The notes: generated by a model not told the origin, from the sequence alone. A stretch of 64,000 nt of DNA from a virus (IMGVR_UViG_3300001687_000013:34021-98020); one strand, 5' to 3'; numbered from the stretch's first letter, positions 29,321-39,644 are shown. Numbers and translations: made by a program.

Positions 29321-30742
29321 TTATGGTGTAATAGTATCTTCCCAAGTATCCCAAGGTTGAATTAATCCAGCAGTACGAAATGGATAAGCAGCATCTATAG
29401 AAAGAACATGGGCATCATTAGTGCTACATTCATCACAATTTGTTATACAACCAGGAGCAAAAACCTGATCCTCTATAATATATGTCTGATCCCCTGTTTG
29501 ATTAAAATCTTCCCTTAAACAATATTCTTCCCAAACAGCACTTCCATCACCAACTGACCCAGAATCAGGCCAAATAGGTTCAGTTCCACCACTGATTCCC
29601 CCAGTGGTACAAATAAAAGCATGTCCGTTATCATTATCATCTGTAGGAATTAAAAAATCTCCTTCAGCATAAAGTGTAGTTGATTCCCATGTGTGATACC
29701 AAATTGTACTATAATCTGGACTATCAACTACTAACTCATCAAGATATTCATCCCATAGAGACTTCCCATATTCCATCCAGGTTATTGTATTATCTAAAAC
29801 AATGTCTTCTGAGTCAGTAGGCCATACAGGTTCTACTAATCCACTTTTACCACTGGTTAAACACAAATAACCATGACTATTTTCATTTGGATAAGATGGT
29901 AAAATTACATCTCCTAAGGCATATTCTGTATCAGGTTGCCAATTAGGATACCAATCTTCAGCCCAAATTGTTGTCCAATTCAAAACTGCTAAAATTGGAT
30001 AAACATAGTTTCTTACAAAGACTTTTAATCTTGCAATTATTTCTGTAATAGAAGCTATAAAGTCATCTGAACTTCCATAGTCTTCCTCACTAAATTCTAC
30101 CTCAAGGGCAAAAACATCAGGAGGCATTTGTCTATTAAGAGCAACATTTTCTCCCCAATCTCTACCAAATTCTGCCCAAGTTACACCACCATCGGTAAAA
30201 CTCTCGTTTTCCCCAGTCAACCAACCTGGTTCAGAACTATCACTTGTCCCTGCCACTACACATATATATTTATGGTCATTGGGAGTAGGTGGAATTATCA
30301 TATCCCAAACTTCATAAGGGGTATCTGCTGTCCAGAAATCTATTGTATTTGATGTGACGATTTCGTCCCATATGTGTGAATGAGTAACAGGATCTATTTC
30401 CCACCACTCTAATAAAGTATACTTTAATCCAAATAATTGAAATACTAATTCTAAGCCTGATCTGTGTCCTTTAAGAGCATGGATAGCAGATAAAAATCCT
30501 AAGACTGTGTTGACATCCAGAACACCTTGAGATAATTCAAACACATCAAGAACATATCCAAAACCAAACTCATCTACAACAGCCCTTACTGCATCCTCAT
30601 TTAGAGTAAGAATATCCCTGTATTTTTTCTTAATATCATCAAAATTTGCATATTTATCAAAAGCATATTGATAAATATCACAAAAATCAACATATAAAGG
30701 GTAATCTTTTATCTTTTTTGGAAGAAAGTTTATTAAATTCAT
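29321..30742 (-). CDS. baseplate wedge gp7/tail protein I-like with three CBM5/12-like inserts
   Basis: HALKGHRSGLE...EWWE; three W..DT.Y..GD...Y.C...G.S...EP.W repeats. Confidence 0.65.
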   Translation of the reverse strand: MNLINFLPKKIKDYPLYVDFCDIYQYAFDKYANFDDIKKKYRDILTLNEDAVRAVVDEFGFGYVLDVFELSQGVLDVNTVLGFLSAIHALKGHRSGLELVFQLFGLKYTLLEWWEIDPVTHSHIWDEIVTSNTIDFWTADTPYEVWDMIIPPTPNDHKYICVVAGTSDSSEPGWLTGENESFTDGGVTWAEFGRDWGENVALNRQMPPDVFALEVEFSEEDYGSSDDFIASITEIIARLKVFVRNYVYPILAVLNWTTIWAEDWYPNWQPDTEYALGDVILPSYPNENSHGYLCLTSGKSGLVEPVWPTDSEDIVLDNTITWMEYGKSLWDEYLDELVVDSPDYSTIWYHTWESTTLYAEGDFLIPTDDNDNGHAFICTTGGISGGTEPIWPDSGSVGDGSAVWEEYCLREDFNQTGDQTYIIEDQVFAPGCITNCDECSTNDAHVLSIDAAYPFRTAGLIQPWDTWEDTITP

Positions 30743-32478
30743 TATATAAAACTCACTGTAACAGTTATATTATAAAATTCATTCCAATCTAATGTTGAAG
30801 GCCCAGAAGGAACAACCCTTGCAACCTTTATATAATCGAGACTTTCTAATTCATATTCAATATCATATAAGTCTGATTGTGTTAGACTGGCCTCTAAAAT
30901 GTACTCATAATCATCTACTATTGCTGCAACATCACTTTCAACCTGAGCTTGCCCACCTGCTTGTTCTAAGGTGGTAGCTAACTTTATTTCTATTGTCAAG
31001 TCTACAGGTACTTCCACAGCATCAGGAAACATTGTAGAATAGAGAGGAACAGCGATTGGTCTAACACCAAATGGCCTGTGAGATTCCAATTCTATTACAA
31101 TTTGAGATTTTTCAGATTCAGTAAGAGGTTCATATACCCCATCTTCATCTAATCTAACAAGTGTAATTGCCATTTCAGCAGGATCTAAGTCTTTTGCATT
31201 AGCATCCTTAACATCTCCTACCAATTGTGAGGCAATCAACTTTAATTCTTTCTTAAAATCATCCCTTCCACGTATAATCAATTGTGTCTCATGGTGGAAA
31301 GGAGCATTAACTCGTATACTCCCTACTTCTTCTGGCTCTTGATAATCCAGAACAGTTTCTACCAAACTATCGAAGGCTATTGTAGTATCACTTATTATGA
31401 CCTTACTTTCTTCTATAGTTCCAGCATTTGCTAAACCAACATAATTTAACACCAACAAATCACCAGTAGAATATTTCCATTCTGGTTCAGCAATTGTCAA
31501 TCCTGGAAGATCCCTGTAGTATTCTACATTAATAATTCCAGATATCCCACTTATATTATCATAAAAATTTATAGTAGTGGCCCCAGAAATATAATCTATA
31601 GTTCCACAGTTATAATTTGCAGGAGTGGGCCAATTACCTATAATATAGCCATTTCCATCATCTACCCCAGTATAAATATAAGATCCACTTGGAGTAGTAA
31701 CATTTATTTGGATCTTAACAGTCCCAGGATCTACTGGTGCTGTCAACCCTAAATAATAAGGAGTATCAGTATAATTTATAGCAGTTGAAGCAGTTTGCTT
31801 AACTCTACCATAAGTAGCAGTGTTAAAGTACATAACATCAACACCACCCAAAGCATTACTAATAGCTATATAATAATCATTAAGAAGATTTGGAATTTCA
31901 TTACTTACTCTCTCAATAATCTTAGTAGTATCCCCAGTAATCAATTTTAACTGAATATCATCTGATACATCACTGGACTCAAATCTAAAAATAGTTAAAT
32001 CTTCGGTAGGAACTCTTATATTTTCCTCTTTAAGATTACCAATTGTAACTTCTATATCTACTGTTTCTCCACTTGGAATATTATATTGATCAGTCCCAGT
32101 GGGAGGAGTAACTATAATATCATACTCATTATCATATAATCCTATAACTTGAAAAGGGATTAATGACACCGTACCACTTGTAACGTTAAGAACTTTTATC
32201 TTTATGTGTTTGTTTCTTCCTCTAAAAGCAGAATAACCTAAGTTTTGAGCTATACCTACAGCAGAACTTCTTTTCTCTCCATAGAGTAAATATGTTTCAC
32301 GTCTATTTGAAATAGTTGTAAAACTATGGTAAGCTGCAACACCTGAAAGAAGCTCAATTAATATTGTACCAGCAGATCCAGCATAATAATCTTGCCACTT
32401 TTGTTCTTTAGTTTGTATATAAGTTAATATATCCTGTTTTATAGCTTGGTAACTTATAGATTGTGGATCTATTATCAT
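30742..32478 (-). CDS. baseplate wedge gp6/J-like protein
   Basis: WQDYYAGSAGTILIELL...RETYL..AQNLGY; E....IRVNAP. Confidence 0.8.
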   Translation of the reverse strand: MIIDPQSISYQAIKQDILTYIQTKEQKWQDYYAGSAGTILIELLSGVAAYHSFTTISNRRETYLLYGEKRSSAVGIAQNLGYSAFRGRNKHIKIKVLNVTSGTVSLIPFQVIGLYDNEYDIIVTPPTGTDQYNIPSGETVDIEVTIGNLKEENIRVPTEDLTIFRFESSDVSDDIQLKLITGDTTKIIERVSNEIPNLLNDYYIAISNALGGVDVMYFNTATYGRVKQTASTAINYTDTPYYLGLTAPVDPGTVKIQINVTTPSGSYIYTGVDDGNGYIIGNWPTPANYNCGTIDYISGATTINFYDNISGISGIINVEYYRDLPGLTIAEPEWKYSTGDLLVLNYVGLANAGTIEESKVIISDTTIAFDSLVETVLDYQEPEEVGSIRVNAPFHHETQLIIRGRDDFKKELKLIASQLVGDVKDANAKDLDPAEMAITLVRLDEDGVYEPLTESEKSQIVIELESHRPFGVRPIAVPLYSTMFPDAVEVPVDLTIEIKLATTLEQAGGQAQVESDVAAIVDDYEYILEASLTQSDLYDIEYELESLDYIKVARVVPSGPSTLDWNEFYNITVTVSFI

Positions 32479-33110
32479 GTTGCTTCCCTTACATAAGTTG
32501 CTTTCAATATATCCCCTGTATCAGGAGCAGAGTTGAAAGTTATTTGATTTCCACTTATAACATAATCATTAGAGATCCCAGAAGTTTGTAATATACCATT
32601 TAAGTATAATTTTTCACTCCCAGAGATAGGGGTATAAACCAAAGTAAATATTTTATTATTACTATCAATAAGACCACTTGGAATTTCATTCATAACAAGA
32701 ATTCCAGTAACATTTACATGGACATAATTTATAGTAACCTCTGATCTTTGAGGAGGTATATAAGACATTGCTTGAGACCTCTCTTGAGCTTTTAGATTAA
32801 AATAAAGATTTTCTATACTATCAATTGATGGATATTTTATTGTCATTCCAGATGTTAATTCATCCAAATCTGACAAATCATTATATATAAGTAATAACCA
32901 CCAAAATTGAGTATTTCTATAAATCTTATAACTTAACAGAGCAGGATTTTCTTCTTCCCCCTGTACAGTTGTATATCCAAAAACTTGTAACGATTTTATT
33001 TTATTAATTATATATGAGGTAATTACGTCATGACAATTAGCACCAAAATCCATAAACCTTGCCATGTCATACCGTGTTATGTTGTTGTAGGCACTATCTA
33101 TAAAGAACAT
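32475..33110 (-). CDS. baseplate wedge gp53-like (LysM-like) protein with the appended shared domain
   Basis: PALLSYKIY.NTQFWWLLLIYN...G..IKYP; C-terminal YLNGILQ domain. Confidence 0.75.
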   Translation of the reverse strand: MFFIDSAYNNITRYDMARFMDFGANCHDVITSYIINKIKSLQVFGYTTVQGEEENPALLSYKIYRNTQFWWLLLIYNDLSDLDELTSGMTIKYPSIDSIENLYFNLKAQERSQAMSYIPPQRSEVTINYVHVNVTGILVMNEIPSGLIDSNNKIFTLVYTPISGSEKLYLNGILQTSGISNDYVISGNQITFNSAPDTGDILKATYVREAT

Positions 33111-33115
33111 TTACC

Positions 33116-33499
33116 TCACTCACTTTCCAAATTTCTTTCTAATGATCCAGATATTTCATAAACTGTTTCCCCTAATCCTTTTATTCTAAAGGCTAAGGTA
33201 ATATCATAGGTATTATTATCATAATCTGGAACTATTTTTGTTTTAGAGTATACCAACTTTACTCGTGGCTCAAATTCATTAACTAATTGAAGAATAATTC
33301 TGAGTATTTGTTTAGCCGAAGTACCATCTAAAGGTTCCATTAACATGTCTTGTAGCTGGTTCCCAATTTCTGGCTCAAATATTCTTTGAAAAATATATAT
33401 TTCCAAAAGATTGTTTAATGCCTGGAAAACAGCTTCTTCATCCTCTAACACGGCCTTAGAAGTTGGATCATATTGATTTAAATCCGAATAAAGTGCCAT
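33116..33499 (-). CDS. baseplate gp25-like sheath initiator
   Basis: YSDLN...AVFQALNNLL...RIFEPEIG...FEPRV. Confidence 0.85.
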   Translation of the reverse strand: MALYSDLNQYDPTSKAVLEDEEAVFQALNNLLEIYIFQRIFEPEIGNQLQDMLMEPLDGTSAKQILRIILQLVNEFEPRVKLVYSKTKIVPDYDNNTYDITLAFRIKGLGETVYEISGSLERNLESE

Positions 33500-34297
33500 T
33501 TATAAATCCTCAAAATGATCTACATAATACTGTATATCATTTTTAACAGTTGCTATATCTACACCTAAATTAAGAGAGGTTTTAGTTTGATTCTTGGCAT
33601 AATTAAAAATATCCATATAGTCAGTATGGGCAGCTTTGGCATCTTTTACAGCTTGAACCGTATTAGCCCAATCAGTATTAACCTCATATCCTACAGGCAA
33701 CAAAGCTTCTATTGTCTCATACATAACTACACCACAATTTAAGGCCCCACCAATAACAGACATAGCTTTATTAGCTTTTTCAACTAAACCATCAAAATTG
33801 TCAAATAGATCATCTATTGTAGAAGTTATCAATGCTGTTTTTCCATTTACCCAATTAGTAGCAGATACCACAACATCTCGTGCAGTATTACAATCAACAA
33901 TATTACTAATAATATATTCTATTGTCTGTGTTGCCCCAGGCAAAAGTGAAGAATATGCTAAATCAAATATTCCTCCATTGATAAATTTATCTAATAAATC
34001 CATTTTAGTCTTAAAGGTATTAGCAGCATCTTCACCTATTAACTGCTTTCCACCACATTTATTAAGATAAGCAGTAGACATATTATTTATTATTGAAACT
34101 ACTCTCCCAGCAGTGTGTGTAGAATCACCAACACTGGTATAATAAAAATTATGAATACTGTCAGAAAATGGAGTAAAATATGTAGACCAATTTGGATACC
34201 CAAAAGGCCCATAAGTACATCCACCATAATTAGCATTCAATTGTGAAAAACGAGTAGTAGTCCAAGTATTATATTTATCTTGTGCTGGTATAGACAT
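33500..34297 (-). CDS. hypothetical helical protein, baseplate-associated
   Basis: Coupled ORF between PAAR and gp25. Confidence 0.6.
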   Translation of the reverse strand: MSIPAQDKYNTWTTTRFSQLNANYGGCTYGPFGYPNWSTYFTPFSDSIHNFYYTSVGDSTHTAGRVVSIINNMSTAYLNKCGGKQLIGEDAANTFKTKMDLLDKFINGGIFDLAYSSLLPGATQTIEYIISNIVDCNTARDVVVSATNWVNGKTALITSTIDDLFDNFDGLVEKANKAMSVIGGALNCGVVMYETIEALLPVGYEVNTDWANTVQAVKDAKAAHTDYMDIFNYAKNQTKTSLNLGVDIATVKNDIQYYVDHFEDL

Positions 34298-34479
34298 TAT
34301 GTATCCTTTAATCTATTTACTGTTTTAATTATGAATTGTGCCCAAGGATCACCCTTTTCGGCTCTCAATTTCATAATTTCTTCATTCCTTTTTAATTCCA
34401 ATTCATCATTTCTTTTGAATTGTTCTAATTTTTTAGAGTTTCTTTCCATAAAAGAATCAAATTTTTCTCTTTCACTCAT
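34297..34479 (-). CDS. hypothetical protein
   Basis: AGGAG RBS, coupled. Confidence 0.55.
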   Translation of the reverse strand: MSEREKFDSFMERNSKKLEQFKRNDELELKRNEEIMKLRAEKGDPWAQFIIKTVNRLKDT

Positions 34480-34484
34480 ATTGT

Positions 34485-34724
34485 CTAACTCCTAATATTT
34501 CTCTTAACAGCTTCCACAGAAGCTTGTTCCAATTCCTTTTTCTCTTCTGGTTTCAAACATTTGTCACAGATTAATTGATATTTTTGCCTTATCGCTGGAT
34601 CAATGCCCCAAATACTTCTACTGGCAGTAGCCAGGGGCTTTCCACACCTACGGCACTTACTTAAAATAATTTGTATAGGTCTTTTACGTTCTAAAATATT
34701 TTTTAAAATACATGACTTGTTCAT
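34485..34724 (-). CDS. zinc-finger protein (CxxC...CxxC) with leader-like N-terminus (MNKSCILKNILE)
   Basis: CRRCGKPL...ICDKC. Confidence 0.6.
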   Translation of the reverse strand: MNKSCILKNILERKRPIQIILSKCRRCGKPLATASRSIWGIDPAIRQKYQLICDKCLKPEEKKELEQASVEAVKRNIRS

Positions 34725-35134
34725 CTTGAATATCTTGATCTTTCTTTAACAATCAGGTCATTTATGTCTGTTCTCATAAATTGGTCTAACCAAGACCAAT
34801 CATTATCTACAATTCTGTTAAGGTCATATAAATCTATCCTGAGTTTACTTCCAATACCTGCTGATACTACACCCAGTAAACAGTGCTCTAATGGAGTCCT
34901 AATGGCTAATCTACTATGAGCATTTTGATGAAAATAGTCAGAAGGAAATATATATACCTTTTTAGTTTTTGGATCTGCTAAAAACCTCAATGATGAATAA
35001 TTCTTTAATACTTTTCTCATCTCTTGTGGATTTGGATTAGAAAAAATCTCAACATATAAAGGTTCCCCAAACATGTGAGCTTTAAACCCTGTTTCAAATT
35101 CCTCTATTAATTGTAATAATTCTTTAGCATTCAT
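34721..35134 (-). CDS. leader-bearing protein (MNAKELLQLIEE), paralogue of 35134..35544
   Basis: Shared LRF.ADP.TKKVY.F..DY.H and IRTP..CL.GV motifs. Confidence 0.65.
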   Translation of the reverse strand: MNAKELLQLIEEFETGFKAHMFGEPLYVEIFSNPNPQEMRKVLKNYSSLRFLADPKTKKVYIFPSDYFHQNAHSRLAIRTPLEHCLLGVVSAGIGSKLRIDLYDLNRIVDNDWSWLDQFMRTDINDLIVKERSRYSR

Positions 35135-35544
35135 TATCCGTAATAATCCTTTATAAGTTTATTTATATCTGCATTAAAATATTTATCAGTCCAAGACCAA
35201 TCTTTATGCCCCCTTGGATTATAAAAATCTATCTGAGTTTTAATACCAAACCCCTTACTTATTACTCCTGTTAAACAACCATCTATAGGAGTTCGTATAT
35301 TAATATCTTTATGGGCATATTCATGTAAGTAATCATGCCTAAAAAAATAAACTTTCTTAGTTTCAGGATCGGCTATAAATCTAAGCATACCTTCATACAT
35401 TTTAAAATGCTTCATAAGTTCTGTACGACTTGGATTAACAATTACCTCAGCATAAAGGTAATTACCAGTCCCATAACCTCTCATTTGAAATGTTTTGAGG
35501 AACTCTTCCACCAAGGTTAGTATTTGTTTAGCTGTTTTCATCAA
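35134..35544 (-). CDS. leader-bearing protein (MKTAKQILTLVEE), paralogue of 34721..35134
   Basis: Same shared motifs as 34721..35134. Confidence 0.65.
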   Translation of the reverse strand: MMKTAKQILTLVEEFLKTFQMRGYGTGNYLYAEVIVNPSRTELMKHFKMYEGMLRFIADPETKKVYFFRHDYLHEYAHKDINIRTPIDGCLTGVISKGFGIKTQIDFYNPRGHKDWSWTDKYFNADINKLIKDYYG

Positions 35545-36367
35545 TTAAATTCCCAGTAAAATATTTCTGATTAATTAAAAAATTACTAAATTTACTGTAT
35601 ATCTCTTTATTATTTAGTGCCCAATCAATGTGTTTATTGATAGATCCTTTACATATTGGAATTTCAAGATTTGTTTCCTGCTTAAACCAATACATTAGAC
35701 CTTCTATTTTATGAGAGTTACTTGGAACAGGTATAAAAGGAATACCAGCTAAAGCTGATGCATAAATCCCATGATGTTGACCAGTGATATACAATGAACA
35801 ATGTTTTAAAGTAGCAACCATATCTCTGAACAACATTCCACCTGTTATTCCTAATCGTGGATAGTCTAAATGATTAACAATATTTGAATAACCAGAATCA
35901 GGTCTTATCAAACCAATGATTATACCACCTATATCATAAATCCTTTTACCTTCAATTCGTATTCCCAAACAAGAATCTGCTAATATCTCAGGATTCCCCC
36001 CACAATTACATGCATTAATATAACTAAGAGGTTCTCTCACTGAAAAATAATTTAATTTTTTTAGCACTTCTGAATAATAGGGGGATTCATGTTGAAAAAG
36101 TGAATTAATAAGATATGTTTTTTTACCTTTTAATTGTGCTTTCTTTAGTATCTCCATTAAAAAATTACTTGCTGGACGATGGTGGTGTATTGTTCCCTCT
36201 CCATTAACTACCACTGCATCACATTCATCTATAGAACTTATCACTTTAGACCCACAATAATGTTTACCTATTATGGTATGACTTTTAAGTTCAGAGATAA
36301 TTGATTCCATCGTTATTCTACTTCCAGCAGCACCACGACTGGTATCATTACATAAATATATTTTCAT
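35528..36367 (-). CDS. polysaccharide pyruvyl transferase family protein
   Basis: VVVNGEGTIHH, FSVREPLS and ITGQHHG..AGIPF..SNSHKIEGL motifs. Confidence 0.75.
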   Translation of the reverse strand: MKIYLCNDTSRGAAGSRITMESIISELKSHTIIGKHYCGSKVISSIDECDAVVVNGEGTIHHHRPASNFLMEILKKAQLKGKKTYLINSLFQHESPYYSEVLKKLNYFSVREPLSYINACNCGGNPEILADSCLGIRIEGKRIYDIGGIIIGLIRPDSGYSNIVNHLDYPRLGITGGMLFRDMVATLKHCSLYITGQHHGIYASALAGIPFIPVPSNSHKIEGLMYWFKQETNLEIPICKGSINKHIDWALNNKEIYSKFSNFLINQKYFTGNLIDENS

Positions 36368-36369
36368 AA

Positions 36370-36663
36370 TTATCCACTAATACAGGTTCCCGATCCTGAA
36401 ACTGTTACCCCACCACCAGTAGGGACTGTCACAGAATCCCCTATTCTATGATTTCCAGGCCCCTCTGTTAATACTACAGCAGACCCACTAACACAAACAC
36501 CTGTTGGACAATATGGGCATGTGGTAACAATTGCCGATCCTATAACAGCTTGACCTGGGCCTTCAGTTAAAACAACGGCAGACCCAGAAACTATTATACC
36601 AGACCAGTATCCATGAATACAAGTCCCTACAACAGATGACCCTATAGTTGCATCACCAGGCAT
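36370..36663 (-). CDS. PAAR-like spike tip protein
   Basis: Three IG(D/S) / VSGS repeats with Cys/His ligands; follows the spike gene. Confidence 0.75.
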   Translation of the reverse strand: MPGDATIGSSVVGTCIHGYWSGIIVSGSAVVLTEGPGQAVIGSAIVTTCPYCPTGVCVSGSAVVLTEGPGNHRIGDSVTVPTGGGVTVSGSGTCISG

Positions 36664-37865
36664 TATGTTATCTCCGATAATCTTTCTTTTATAATTTCAG
36701 CTTCTTCCAGGAGGGAAGTTGCTGTACTAATTAAAGTATTTAACCGATCAGTTAATTCTTGAACCTCATTTTCTAAACTTGTAATATCTGTATCTGGTTC
36801 TGGTAAATCTGGTTCAGTGGGAGGTGTATAAGAAACAGCATCAGGCCCAGTAGCAGAACCAGCCCCCATCATTTTGTGTACACCAGATCCTTGTAATTTT
36901 ACAAGTCCTGTTGATAATACATTTACCTCTGAATTACCTTCAATATTGGTTTTCTGATTACCTTTCAAATTAGCATTTGCATTAGATCCTAACTTTAGAT
37001 TTCCATCAGCTTTCATGTTTATAACACCACCACTGGCAGCTTCCATACCAATACCTCCATTGACTTTTACAGCCATTGAAGACCCTGCAAACATTTTCAT
37101 ATTTGCACCAGTATTTATATCTACCGAATTATTTCCTTTAAGCAATAAGTTTTGTGGAGTATCAACCTCTAAATCCTGATCCGATTCTATCCTGATAGTA
37201 TCCTCAGCCTTTATACCAATTTTTGCAGAAGTTTCTATAGCAATATCCTTTGTTGATTTTATACTTGTCTCTTCTTGAATATTACTAACAAATTTTCCAG
37301 CAACATTAAGGAAGAAATTTCCTCCTACATCCCAAGTAACATTACCAGGTGTCTTTATCCAAATATCCCCAGCCCTGTCTATTCTTATAAGAGACCCAGA
37401 ACTGTGATGATAAAATTCTACGGATGGTCTACTATTAATAGGATGTTCAGCATCATCAATATCAGCTTTATTAACCCTATACCATAATCCTGTAGAATCT
37501 ACCATCCCATACATATTTGGATAATCTTCATTGAAAATGAAGGGGTGGGTAATTTCTGATTGCCAGTAACCTATATAAAATCCGAAATAGACATCACCAT
37601 AAGGAAATATTACAACAAGCTCAGAGTCAATTTCTGGAACTGCAAAGTTGGATAAATCTACCCTACCACCTTGTAAAGCAGCACTTAAAGGATAAATCCA
37701 GGGAAGATATTCAGTATCAATCCCCTCCAAGAAATCTTTAATAACAACCTTTACTCGACCTAATTTTCTTGGATCATCATTATCCTTTACCACGGCCCTT
37801 TGTGGTACAGATAAATTCCCTCTTACTGTCAGCCAATCAGCATATTTAATAAACATTTTTACCAC
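36663..37865 (-). CDS. central spike gp5/gpV-like protein (OB-fold plus beta-helix, no lysozyme domain)
   Basis: VKDNDDPRKLGRVKV...LPW...VPEIDS.L.V.F..GD; beta-helix repeats. Confidence 0.85.
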   Translation of the reverse strand: MVKMFIKYADWLTVRGNLSVPQRAVVKDNDDPRKLGRVKVVIKDFLEGIDTEYLPWIYPLSAALQGGRVDLSNFAVPEIDSELVVIFPYGDVYFGFYIGYWQSEITHPFIFNEDYPNMYGMVDSTGLWYRVNKADIDDAEHPINSRPSVEFYHHSSGSLIRIDRAGDIWIKTPGNVTWDVGGNFFLNVAGKFVSNIQEETSIKSTKDIAIETSAKIGIKAEDTIRIESDQDLEVDTPQNLLLKGNNSVDINTGANMKMFAGSSMAVKVNGGIGMEAASGGVINMKADGNLKLGSNANANLKGNQKTNIEGNSEVNVLSTGLVKLQGSGVHKMMGAGSATGPDAVSYTPPTEPDLPEPDTDITSLENEVQELTDRLNTLISTATSLLEEAEIIKERLSEIT

Positions 37866-38161
37866 TCAAATCCAAAAAATTTAGCAGCTTTGTCTAATTT
37901 TCTCTCTAAGTCCTTCTGATCTTTTGGAGATAATTTCTTTACACAATCATATATGCTATATTCCCCTACTTCAATCTCGTCATAAGGACATACTTTTTCT
38001 AAAGCAGGTAGTACAATAGAGTCATAAACATTCATCATACTAACTTCTCTTTTACTCTTACCTTTTATTCTCCCACCAAGACATTTTGAAAACAATTTAT
38101 CAACCCTTGTTGGAATATCCTCTTTTTCAAACAAAGATAATATTTCAGTAGCTTTTGTCAT
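37859..38161 (-). CDS. leader-bearing small protein (MTKATEILSLFE)
   Basis: GGAGA RBS before ATG 38161; leader motif. Confidence 0.6.
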   Translation of the reverse strand: MTKATEILSLFEKEDIPTRVDKLFSKCLGGRIKGKSKREVSMMNVYDSIVLPALEKVCPYDEIEVGEYSIYDCVKKLSPKDQKDLERKLDKAAKFFGFEW

Positions 38162-38163
38162 AT

Positions 38164-38466
38164 TTATCTCCAAACCATTACCTCTCCATACTCATCAGAC
38201 CACTTTACCTTTCTTGGCTTATGATCATACGTCTGAGAGATATTACATCTATATTCTTTACCAGATGACATAATGGTAAAATACGTATTTGATAATCCTT
38301 TTTTATCTATATTGTCTATCCGTATGATTTCACCAACCCTTATAGTATCCCCCATTTGACCTGATAAAAACCATACAGTCGATCCTTCTTTAGGTAATGT
38401 TTTATTGTCTAAAAGACTACCTTCCTTTTTTTCAAACAGAGCTAAAACATCAGGAGCTTTTATCAT
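38164..38466 (-). CDS. leader-bearing small protein (MIKAPDVLALFE), SH3-like body
   Basis: Leader motif; coupled ORF. Confidence 0.6.
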   Translation of the reverse strand: MIKAPDVLALFEKKEGSLLDNKTLPKEGSTVWFLSGQMGDTIRVGEIIRIDNIDKKGLSNTYFTIMSSGKEYRCNISQTYDHKPRKVKWSDEYGEVMVWR

Positions 38467-39644
38467 CTAAGATCCCCCTTCATTTCTCCGAGAACTTCTC
38501 TGTTTAAAATTACAGTAGTACAGATTCCCATATTAGTGATAACCCTGCTTAACTTTGTAATATAATACAATCCAGAAAACTCTTCGGATATGAAGTCAGG
38601 ATTATCAGTTTGTGAATCACTAAAATAAACTAAATCTAAGACTCTCATCTTAGGTAACATTCTGTCAGTATAACTTATTAAACCTTGTACAACACCTAAT
38701 ATAGCTAAATTAGAAAGATTTTGATAATAAGCTTTCCAGTAATTACCATGAACATTATCATTAAGTAATCCAAACTGATCAACTACATTATTTTCCTGGT
38801 TATCCCTGTCTAAGTTGTTGCTTAAAGATAACACTGGTCTAAGTGTTAATATATTTTTATTATCAACAGCAGTTTCAATAGTTCTAATACTCTTACTGTT
38901 CTCATACCCTAACCAAGAATTTAAAAATCCACTACTAACATCAAAAGCATAATCAGCATCATAAAGAACATCAATATCTTCAGTTGGTTTTATTTTAAAT
39001 CTCCAATCTGGTTTAGTACCAGAACGGGTATGGTTATTGATATCCCTCATCAAATCTTTTAAGATAAAAGTACCATCAGAGGCTATACCCAATGCTACGA
39101 ATGAATCTTTAAGGTAACTATGCATCCATACATTGTTTATAAATTTCTTATGAGATATATTATGTTGTAACCAAGTTTGAGCATCACTGGAATAATGAAC
39201 TCCAAAATCTCTTAGAAAAAATTTACTCACAACTTCTTCAATTGTTTCAATACCAGATCGAGATGAAAAGACTTCAATTGCACAATCACTAATATATGGA
39301 AGAGCATCATATAGACCATTGAGATAAATTTGGTATCTACCAGCACCTAATTTTGATATTGTCTTTTTCAAAATCCTGAAGGACGTTGTACTAAAATCTT
39401 CTTGCTCCTCTTCTTGTGTTTTACCATAAGTATATTCCAAGACATTCCCTTCATTTAAAAAATCGATAATGCTTGAATCCGATATTGTAAACATTTGTTC
39501 AAACTGGGGAAGAATATTTCCAGCCTCCTCAATGACTGTAAATTTCAAAAACTCATCATGTGTTAAGAAATCTTCTACCACTTCACCAGTTTCAGGATTT
39601 TTTATATTAAATTTTACTTGGTACTGATTAGCTACACCTAACAT
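38463..39644 (-). CDS. baseplate hub gp27-like protein
   Basis: Size, synteny upstream of the spike, C-terminal SGLYYITK motif. Confidence 0.65.
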   Translation of the reverse strand: MLGVANQYQVKFNIKNPETGEVVEDFLTHDEFLKFTVIEEAGNILPQFEQMFTISDSSIIDFLNEGNVLEYTYGKTQEEEQEDFSTTSFRILKKTISKLGAGRYQIYLNGLYDALPYISDCAIEVFSSRSGIETIEEVVSKFFLRDFGVHYSSDAQTWLQHNISHKKFINNVWMHSYLKDSFVALGIASDGTFILKDLMRDINNHTRSGTKPDWRFKIKPTEDIDVLYDADYAFDVSSGFLNSWLGYENSKSIRTIETAVDNKNILTLRPVLSLSNNLDRDNQENNVVDQFGLLNDNVHGNYWKAYYQNLSNLAILGVVQGLISYTDRMLPKMRVLDLVYFSDSQTDNPDFISEEFSGLYYITKLSRVITNMGICTTVILNREVLGEMKGDLR

